Shown here one piece after another: positions 1 through 9,119 of a stretch of 17,807 nucleotides of DNA. Every line of letters starts with the position of its first letter. Position 1 is the first letter of the stretch. Source of the stretch: Octopus sinensis (Eukaryota); NCBI RefSeq assembly GCF_006345805.1, contig NW_021824776.1:1-17807 (forward strand). The letters run 5' to 3'. A program made the translations under genes and the position numbers. Below the pieces are notes generated by a model that made no database searches, had not been told where the DNA came from, and worked only from the letters and a program-made list of their open reading frames with translations.

Positions 1-1604
1 GACTCAGCTACTGTCCCGATGGATTCCCGGCAATCCTCCCAAAAGCATGTAAATAGTCCTAGCAAGACCACTGCAGTTCCTCTTTCAAGAGCTTCCTTGC
101 AGCTGGCAAACTTCCAGGAAAAACTGAAGGAGGTAAAATATGCCCCTTTCATAAGGAGGTCGCAGAGCGGAGCCAAGAACTATAGACCTATCTCTCTGAC
201 CTCAACATCAGCAAGGTCAGGGAACGAATAGTCAGAAGGAAGCTGATCACCTTCCTTAAGAGAATGACTTGCTGCCCGACACCCAACATGGTTTCCGACC
301 AGGGAGAAGCTGTTTAACTCAGCTCCTACAACACTATGACTGGGTGCTGAAACGGCTGCTCAACCACTCAAATGTGGAAGTGATATATCTCGACTTTGCA
401 AAGGCCTTTGATAAAGTCGATCATGGAATGATATGTCACAAACTGCGTGATCTCAACATAGTTGGAAAACTGGGAGAATGGCTTCATGACTTTCTGAAGG
501 ATAGAAGTCAGGTGGTAGTAGCCAATGTGGCCACCTCCATTAACACACAAATAGTGAGCGGTGTTCCGCAGGGGACTGTTCTGGGACCACTACTGTTCAT
601 AATGGCCCTCTCAGACATGCCCTCTGCCACGCAGAGAGCCACGATCACAAGTTATGCAGATGATACAAAAGTTTCACAGGCAATACAGAACCCTGAGGAC
701 ACTAAACACCTGCAATGTGAGCTGGACGAAATATACAAGCTTTATACTATCAGCATGCAAACTGAATGCAATACCCAATGAATACACTGGACCCGGAGGG
801 ATTGCAATCCCAGAGGCACAATCAGTGTCGTGACCTGGGTATTCACATGAGTGATGACGCGACCTTTCATGTGCATGTTGCTAAACTGACAATGAAATGT
901 AGACGGCTGGCTGGATGGATTATTAGAACCTTTAGAACAAGAGAACAAGAAACCATGATGGTCCTCTGGAAGACACTTGTCCTAAGCCATTTGACTATTG
1001 CTCTCAGCTATGGTCCCATCCAGTGTCAAGTTGATCACAGAACTTGAGGCGATCCAACGAAGCTACACAAAGAAGATAGCCTCTATGCAGAATGTAAGCT
1101 ACTGGGAAAGACTCAAGAGATTAAAATTATATTCTCTGGAGCGTAGGCAGGAAAGATATGACATAATATACATCTGGAAGATCCTGGAGGGAAGTGTCCT
1201 GAACTTTGGCATCGAGAGTTACGCAAATGCCAGAACTGGGCGCCACTGCTTGGTGCCTAGGACTCCAAACCTGCCATCAAGATGTAGGACAAGATTCTGT
1301 GATAGCCTGGGCTTCCGAGGCCCACAGCTCTTCAATATCCTCCCGAAGAACCTGAGAGACCTGCATGGGGTGGATAAAGATGTCTTTAAAATGAAGCTGG
1401 ATCTCTTCCTGTCAGGTGTCCCAGATGAACCAACTTCACGGCAGGAGGGGCAGATGAGGGCAGCTGCATCGAACTCTCTCATGCACCAAATAGCAGTTGC
1501 AAGAAAGCCGCCATGAAGTGAAACCAAGTAGCAACAACAAATGGCGGTGCCCCAGCATGGCCACAGCTCATAAGCTGAAACTAGAATCAATCAATCATCA
1601 ATCA
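1..1604 (+). mobile_element. CR1-group non-LTR retrotransposon (LINE), copy 1: RT region, 3' UTR and (AATC)n tail; frameshifted; continues upstream of the window
   Basis: Successive frames give NYRPISLTS, QHGFRPGRSCLTQLL, YLDFAKAFDKVDH, SGVPQGTVLGPLLF, YADDTK, RDLGI, LYSLERR and KLDLFLSGVPDEP. It ends ggcggtgccccagcatggccacagctcataagctgaaac followed by aatc repeats (1585-1604). The exact clade (CR1/L2/Crack/Daphne) is not resolved by eye. Confidence 0.93.
269..1516 (+). pseudogene. Disrupted reverse transcriptase ORF of LINE copy 1 (ORF pieces 269-781, 766-1047, 998-1516)
   Basis: RT motifs are split over three frames. There is a 46-bp deletion at 736-739 relative to copy 2. Confidence 0.9.
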
Positions 1605-1806
1605 TTATATATATATATATTATATATATATTATATATTATATTATATATATATATATTATATTAATATAATATATTATATATATAATATATATATTATA
1701 TATATATACTTATATATATAATATATTATATATTATATATATATTATTATTATATATATATATATATTATATATATATATATATATTATATATATTATAT
1801 ATATAT

Positions 1807-1854
<48 letters not shown>

Positions 1855-2122
1855 AATATTATATATATATTATTATATATATATATTATATATATATATA
1901 TTATATATATATATATTATATTATATATATTAAATATATATATATTATATATTATATTTATATATTATTATATATATATATTTATCTATATATATATATA
2001 TATATATATATTATATTTTATAAATATATTTATATATATATATATTATATATATATTATATAAATATATTATATATAATATATTATTATTTATATATATA
2101 TTTATATATAGAATATTATATA

Positions 2123-2154
<32 letters not shown>

Positions 2155-2257
2155 CTAATATATATATTTATATATATATATATTATATATATAATATATA
2201 TATATATATTATATAATATAATATTATATTATTATATATAATATATATATAATATTT

Positions 2258-2288
<31 letters not shown>

Positions 2289-3130
2289 TTTTATATATAT
2301 ATATATATTATATATAATATATTATTATATTACATATTATATATATTATATATATAATATATATTATATTATATATATATATATATAATATATATAATAA
2401 TAATATATATCTATATATTATATATAAATATATTATATATTAATATATATTATATATATATATAATATATATTATATATATATATATTATATATATATTA
2501 TTATATATATATATATTTATATATATATATATATATTATTATATTTATATATATATTATATATATAGTATATATAATATTATATATTTATATATATATTA
2601 TATATATATATTATATATATTTATATTTATAATTATATATATATTATATATATATTATATATTATATATATATTATATATTATTATATAATATAATATAT
2701 ATATTATATATATATTAATATATATATATTATATATATTATTATATATATATTATAATATATATATTATATATATATAGTATATATATATATTATATATA
2801 TATATATTATATCTATATATATTATATATATATATATTATATATATATATATATTATATATTTATATATATATATAATATATTATATATAATATATATAT
2901 TATATATATATATATATTATATATATATAATTTATATATTATATATATAATATATATATTATATATTATATATATTATATATATATATTATATATTCTAT
3001 ATATAATATTATATATATATATACATATATATATATATTATATATATTATAATATATATATTATATAAATATTATATATATATGTATATATATAAATATT
3101 ATATATATATATATATAAATATTATATATA

Positions 3131-3188
<58 letters not shown>

Positions 3189-3235
3189 TATATATATATT
3201 TATCTATATTTTATATTATATATATTATATAATAT
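1605..3235. repeat. Imperfect (AT)n microsatellite array, ~1.6 kb
   Basis: Almost only A/T dinucleotide repeats with scattered indels. Confidence 0.98.
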
Positions 3236-3470
3236 ATGAGTACAAGAAGGGTGAAATTATTAATTGGGAATAATTATCAATTACACCAAGTAGTCTTGGC
3301 ATGTAAAAGCCTCATTCGAGGAAAATTTAAGTAATACTAAGCAATTAAGGGTTTAGCAACGAATTGCCTTATCGCACACCGAATTTAGAAATAGCAGTCA
3401 AAGAGATTATACTCATAATCATTGTTACTCATAACCATATTCACCCAGTAAATGACCACAGCACTTTGTC
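3236..3470 (+). repeat. ~235-bp unique segment X, copy 1, followed by aatcaatcaatca (3471-3483)
   Basis: Direct repeat of 4522-4758; both copies yield the ORF start MPYRTPNLEIAVKEII. Confidence 0.95.
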
Positions 3471-3483
3471 AATCAATCAATCA

Positions 3484-3652
3484 TTATATATATATATATT
3501 ATATATATATATATATATAATATATATAATATATATTATATATATATATTATATAAATATATTATATATTATATTATTATATATATATATATATATTAAA
3601 TATATATATATTATATTATATATATTATATATATATATATATATATATTATA

Positions 3653-3692
<40 letters not shown>

Positions 3693-3745
3693 ATATATAT
3701 ATACATATTATATATATATATACATATTATATATATATATTATAT

Positions 3746-3801
<56 letters not shown>

Positions 3802-3802
3802 G

Positions 3803-3839
<37 letters not shown>

Positions 3840-4258
3840 ATATATAATATAATATATATATATATCTAAATATTATATATTATATATATTATATATATAT
3901 ATATATATATAATATATTTATATATATAATATATATATATATAGTTTATATATATATATATTATATATATATTATATATATATATATATATTTTATATAT
4001 TTACATATATATATATATTATATATATATATATATATTTATATATATTTACTAATATATATATATATATATATATATTATATTATTATATTATATATAAT
4101 ATATATATATTATATATATATAATATATTATATATATAATATATATATAATTATATATTATATATTATATATATAATTTATATATATATATATATATATT
4201 AGATATATATATATATTATCTATATATAATATATATATATTATATAGATAACATATAT

Positions 4259-4324
<66 letters not shown>

Positions 4325-4443
4325 ATATATAAATATTATATATATATATTATATATATATAATATATATATATATAAAATATATATATATATGTATATAT
4401 ATAATATTATATATATATATATAAATATTATATATATATATAT

Positions 4444-4497
<54 letters not shown>

Positions 4498-4521
4498 TTA
4501 TATATATATATTATTATATAT
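3484..4521. repeat. Imperfect (AT)n array, ~1.0 kb
   Basis: Direct reading. Confidence 0.98.
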
Positions 4522-4758
4522 ATGAGTAACAATGAAGGGTGAAATTAATTAATTGGGAATAATTATCAAGTACCCAAGTAGTCTTCGGCATGTAAAGCCT
4601 CATTCGAGGAAAATTTAAGTATACTAAGCAATTAAGGTTTAGCAACGAATTGCCTTATCGCACACCGAATTTAGAAATAGCAGTCAAAGAGATTATACTC
4701 ATAATCATTGTTACTCATAACCATATTCAATCCGTAAATGACACAGCAGCACTTTGTC
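4522..4758 (+). repeat. Segment X, copy 2
   Basis: Direct repeat of 3236-3470, differing mostly by small indels. Confidence 0.95.
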
Positions 4759-5208
4759 TGGCTACACGCGGGGGGAAGGGACTGGTGACACAAGCTTTCA
4801 TCATCATACTTGAATTTGGTGATACTAGCTGTGGCTTCTAGCTCGCTCTGATACTGAGTTGAGTTGGTGCCTTCTAGTATCTCAAAATTCAATATTCATC
4901 TTCATGATGTTTGTTTGTATCTGCTGCTGATGAGAGAAGAAGTCTTGGTAAGGTAGAGTTATCTATTCTTATGCTTTCCTAAGACTTGATCTCGAAACGT
5001 AGGTCCGTAGGTGACTTAAAACTGTATGATAGATTGCCGTAAATATTCATTCTCTCTACCTGTTTGTGTTTGCCTTTCAGGTGCTGTGTCTTTACTGTGA
5101 TCTCCCTTTTAGTAGAAGAAATAGGAATAATCTCTTTGACTGCTATTTCTAATTCGGTGTGCGGTAAGGCAATTCGTTGCAAAACCCTTAATTGCTTAGT
5201 ATTACTTA
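4616..5208. repeat. ~81-bp inverted repeat pair (4616-4696 and 5127-5208) enclosing a ~430-bp spacer that holds a hammerhead
   Basis: taagt(a)atactaagcaattaagg...gtcaaagagattat is the reverse complement of ataatctctttgac...cttaattgcttagtattactta. Confidence 0.93.
4919..5012 (+). ncRNA. Type-I hammerhead ribozyme with extended stem II (HHR-1)
   Basis: Core CTGATGA at 4927-4933. Stem II is gaga/tctc plus aagtcttgg/ctaagactt. GAAA at 4994-4997. Minimal stem III is c-gtag-g. The triplet GTC gives a cut after C5005. Stem I atctgc(t)g/cgtaggt has wobbles and one bulge. Confidence 0.8.
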
Positions 5209-5234
5209 TATTATATAAATATATATATATATAT

Positions 5235-5286
<52 letters not shown>

Positions 5287-5372
5287 AATAATATTATATA
5301 TATATATATATAGATTTTATATATATTATATATATTTATATATATATTTATATATATATATATATTTTATAT
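5209..5372. repeat. (AT)n array
   Basis: Direct reading. Confidence 0.95.
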
Positions 5373-5503
5373 AAAATAGTAAAGTGTGAAAAAACGACAG
5401 AAGGCTTAAATGTTAAAAATATATATATTTGTGTCAAAATGTCTGGAGAATATTGGAAAATTTTTTTTCCTTTCCTTAAAATGACATAATTTTAAAATTT
5501 TTA

Positions 5504-5541
5504 AAGAATTACCGGTTTCGCGTGTAGCTTTTCAATTTCTT
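5504..5541 (-). ncRNA. Minimal type-I hammerhead, mirror copy of 6533-6572 with two 1-nt T-run deletions in stem I
   Basis: The reverse complement reads aagaaa-TTGAAAA-gc tacac gc-GAAA-ccgg-TA-attctt. Confidence 0.65.
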
Positions 5542-5674
5542 GTGACGTTTGTTTATATTGCATGGAATTATCGTTGTTTTATTTCCAGGAGATTTCTAAA
5601 TAAGGGGAGGTAGAGAGTGATTTTTTCCGGTGTAGGGGAGATAATCGCTTAAAAATTTTTTTTCCATTTCCTTG

Positions 5675-6028
5675 TTAATTTCTCTGTGTCAGTATGTTCG
5701 GATGGTTGAGTCTGGGTTTGTACTTTTCAATGAAGAATGTTTCCTTGTTCAGTCTCATTTGTGTTGATGATCCGAAAGCACATTGGTAAAATGGGAAGAT
5801 TAAAAATTGTGGCAGTAGTTGCTTTGCGCATTTCTCAATGTGCTCACTAAAAGGTATCATTCTATATTCTGGGAATGCAATCTGTTGTCGATGCAGTGTG
5901 CATCTGCGCCTGAGTGATAGTCCCGTGGAACCCACGTAGTCTTGGTGGCAGCCCGAGCATTTAATAACATAAATTATGTTTTCAGAGGCACAAGTAAAGT
6001 TAGATTTGATCTTAATTTCTGTCCCTCT
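5675..6028 (-). pseudogene. 5'-truncated GIY-YIG endonuclease domain of a Penelope-like retroelement; open frame of 117 codons plus stop, extending the listed ORF 5675-5935
   Basis: Hand translation: RGTEIKIKSNFTCASENIIYVIKCSGCHQDYVGSTGLSLRRRCTLHRQQIAFPEYRMIPFSEHIEKC...RLNKETFFIEKYKPRLN. It has IIY/YVG motifs, CxxC with two later His, and conserved R, E and N, as in PLE endonucleases. Confidence 0.9.
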
Positions 6029-6045
6029 TAAATTCTGTCCCTCTT

Positions 6046-6701
6046 AAGAGGGACAGAAATTTAGATCAAATCTAACTTTACTTGTGCCTCTGAAAACATA
6101 ATTTATGTTATTAAATGCTCGGGCTGCCACCAAGACTACGTGGGTTCCACGGGACTATCACTCAGGCGCAGATGCCACTGCATCGACAACAGATTGCATT
6201 CCCAGAATATAGAATGATACTTTTTTAGTGAGCACATTGAGAAATGCGCAAAGCAATACTGCCACAATTTTAATCTTCCCATTTACCAATGTGCTTTCGG
6301 ATCATCAACACAAAGAGACTGAACAAGGAAACATTCTTCATTGAAAAGTACAAACCCAGACTCAACCATCCGAACATACTGACACAGAGAAAGTAACAAG
6401 GAAATGAAAAAAAAATTTTTTAAGCGATTATCTCCCCTACACCGGAAAAAATCACTCACTACCTCCCCTTATTTAGAAATCTCCTGGAAATAAAAACAAC
6501 GATAATTCCATGCAATATAAACATAACGTCACAAGAAATTTGAAAAGCTACACGCGAAACCGGTAATTTCTTTAAAAATTTTAAATTATGTCATTTTAAG
6601 GAAGGAAAAAATTTTTCCAATATTCTCCAGACATTTTGACACCAATATATATATTTTTTAACATTTAAGCCTTCTGTCGTTTTTTCACACTTTACTATTT
6701 T
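6046..6701 (+). mobile_element. Penelope-like element 3' end; right arm of the palindrome, with the GIY-YIG frame broken by small indels
   Basis: Reverse complement of 5373-6029; the differences are mostly single-base indels. Confidence 0.88.
6533..6572 (+). ncRNA. Minimal type-I hammerhead ribozyme with U3/A8 core variant (HHR-2)
   Basis: Stem I aagaaat/atttctt is 7 bp and perfect. Core TTGAAAA, stem II gc-tacac-gc, GAAA, palindromic stem III accggt, triplet GTA with the cut after A6565. It lies ~170 nt past the GIY-YIG stop. Confidence 0.75.
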
Positions 6702-6740
6702 CTTATATATTCACCCACGTGCTTTACCAAACAAACTTTC

Positions 6741-6826
6741 TTATATATATATTTATATATATATTTATATATTATATATATATTATATATATATATTATA
6801 ATAATATATATTATATATATATATTT

Positions 6827-6859
<33 letters not shown>

Positions 6860-6903
6860 ATATATTAATATATATATATATTTATATATATATATTATAT
6901 ATT

Positions 6904-6938
<35 letters not shown>

Positions 6939-7013
6939 ATTTATTATATCTATATATATATATTTATATATATATATAATATATATATATATATAGATTT
7001 ATATATTATATCT

Positions 7014-7047
<34 letters not shown>

Positions 7048-7081
7048 ATATATATATTACATATATATATATATATATAAT
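6741..7081. repeat. (AT)n array
   Basis: Direct reading. Confidence 0.97.
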
Positions 7082-8251
7082 ATGATTTTGATTTTGATTT
7101 TCCAGTTACAGCTAATGAGCTGTGGCCATGGTGGGGGCACGCCATTTGGTTTGCTACGTGGTTTTACCTCACGGATGCTTTTTAGCAAACGCCATCTGAT
7201 GCATGAGAGAGTTCGATGCAGCTGCCCTCATCTGCACCTCCTGCCGTGAAGTTGGTTCATCCGGGACACCTGACAGGAAGAGATCCGGTCCTACTTTAAA
7301 GACATCCGCATCTGCACCATGCAGGTCCTCAGGTTCTTCGGGAGGATATTGAAGAGCCGTGGGCCCTCTGAGCCCAGGCTATCACAATATATCTTGTCCT
7401 ACATCTTGATGGCAAATTTGGACTCCTTGGTACTACGCAGTGGCGTCCGGTTTCTGGCATTTGTGTGACTCTCGATGCCAAAGTCGGGACAAGACCTTCC
7501 AGGATCTTCCAGATATATATTATGGCATATCTTTCTCGCCTACGCTCCAGGGAATAGAGCTTTAATCTCTTGAGTCTCTCCCAGTAGCTCATATGCTGCA
7601 CAGAGGCTATCTTCTTCGTGTAGCTTCGTTGGATCGCCTCAAATTCTGTGATCAACTTGTCACTGGATGGTGACCATAGCTGAGAGCAATAGTCAAAGTG
7701 GCTTAGGACAAGTGTCTTCCAGAGGACCATCATGGTTTCTTGTTCTCTTGTTCTAAAGTTTCTAAGAATCCATCCAGCCAGCCGTCTACATTTCATTGTC
7801 AGTTTAGCAACATGTACATGAAAGGTCGCGTTATCATTCATGTGAATACCCAGGTCACGCACTGATTGTGCCTCTGGGATTGCAATCCCTCCGGGTCCAG
7901 TGTATTCATTGGGTATTACATTCAGTTTTGCATGCTGATAGTATAAAGCTTGAAACTTTTCAGCATTGAACTGCATGCTATTCTTTTCAGGCCACTTGTA
8001 TATTTCGTCCAGCTCACATTGCAGGTGCTTAGTGTCTTCAGGGTTCTGTATTGCCTGTGAAACTTTTGTATCATCTGCATAATTTGTGATCGTGGCTCTC
8101 TGCGTTGCTGAGGGCATGTCTGAGAGGGCCATTATGAACAGTAGTGGTCCCAAAATAGTGCCCTGCGGAACACCGCTCACTATTTGCGTGCTAATGGAAG
8201 TTTGCGTGCTAATGGCTGCTACCACCTGACTTCTATTCTTCAGAAAGTCAT
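7082..8251 (-). mobile_element. CR1-group LINE, copy 2, 5'-truncated inside RT, with (AAAATC)n tail
   Basis: ORF 7329-8318 has SGVPQGTILGPLLF, YADDTK, RDLGI, SHFDYCSQLWSP and LYSLERRRERY. It is colinear with copy 1 (about 8 substitutions in ~190 nt of the RT core). Similarity stops at ~8251. Confidence 0.95.
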
Positions 8252-8692
8252 CTATGTATGCTACATAGATGAATTTTAGCTTGCGTGCGAGACGGTTTGC
8301 GTGAATATATGTACACATGCTTTTATGTGTATATTTAGATTTATATTCATACGTCTGTATATGTATGTATGGCGTTTACGCGCATCCTTTTGTGTATGTT
8401 GATATATATATGTAGATTTTAATATAAATATGTATTGCAGTATTTATAACCGGTTTCATTTCTATGCATTAATTTGCACTGTCTTCATTAACGTCAATAG
8501 GTTTTTTCCTCGGATTTTATAATTTTTATAAGTTTTTTATATATATATATATACATATATTTTTTACCTTTTTGTTTATCGCTCGAAGATTGACCGTTTT
8601 TTTTTCTAAAGGGCCAATCAAACAAGTCCATTTCTTTTTAAAGGTGTAGCGTTTGTAAGTGTATAGATTGAAATGATATATCAGTTCCATTC

Positions 8693-8748
8693 TAGCAAAA
8701 ACTGTCTGATGAACGGCAACGAGAAACTCAGAGTAATAGATTTTGTTG
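8693..8748 (+). ncRNA. Type-I hammerhead ribozyme (HHR-3)
   Basis: Stem I tagcaaaaactgt/atagattttgttg pairs at 12 of 13 positions. CTGATGA at 8706-8712. Stem II is a-cg-GCAA-cg-a, with an A.A mismatch at the closing position. GAAA at 8723-8726. Stem III actc-a-gagt. Triplet GTA with the cut after A8735. Confidence 0.75.
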
Positions 8749-8771
8749 AATTTTCTGCTGCTTAAAATAAA

Positions 8772-8803
<32 letters not shown>

Positions 8804-9119
8804 GTATGCACATATATATAAATATATGTATATACATATATATGGAGGTTTCTGGTATGCATATATATTTTTGATAATATATCAACTGGGTTTTCTACTA
8901 TGTCTGCACGTGAATTTTCATGCATTCTTCTATGCTTTTCAGAATTCAAGTAGACCGAAAAGCCTTGTTAGAAATTGGGAAGGTGTTTTCTTTCGGTTGC
9001 GCAGAGAGTACGTTTCTATATGTGTCTTGATTTTGTTCCCAAGCATATGACTATTCATTAGTAACATAGCTTTTGATAAGATTTGGTGGTTACAGGAAAT
9101 GTTACCATCCTCGAAATTA

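Larger units (their letters stand above)
5373..6029 (-). mobile_element. Penelope-like element 3' end (GIY-YIG C-terminal region plus 3' UTR/pLTR); left arm of the palindrome
   Basis: Carries the open GIY-YIG frame and a hammerhead; it is the reverse complement of 6046-6701. Confidence 0.88.

Noticed and set aside
692-735. CTGAGGA...GAAA hammerhead-like core in LINE RT
   Set aside because: It lies in coding sequence, stem II cannot close (C.C), and there is no stem I.
3236-4758. Repeat-spacer look of X and AT blocks as CRISPR-like
   Set aside because: Eukaryotic context, only two ~235-bp copies, no cas genes.
4761-4770. gctacacgcg identical to stem II of HHR-2
   Set aside because: A 10-mer match is expected by chance among all pairwise positions, and there is no flanking similarity.
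4671-4892. Minus-strand ORF NFEILEG...ELEA, vaguely like a GIY-YIG C-terminus
   Set aside because: No conserved KE..I...P.LN pattern, and it is antisense to the hammerhead.
1497-5288. ORFs rich in Y/I (e.g. 1497-1721, 3082-3273, 3364-3852, 5064-5288)
   Set aside because: They are translations of (AT)n microsatellite.
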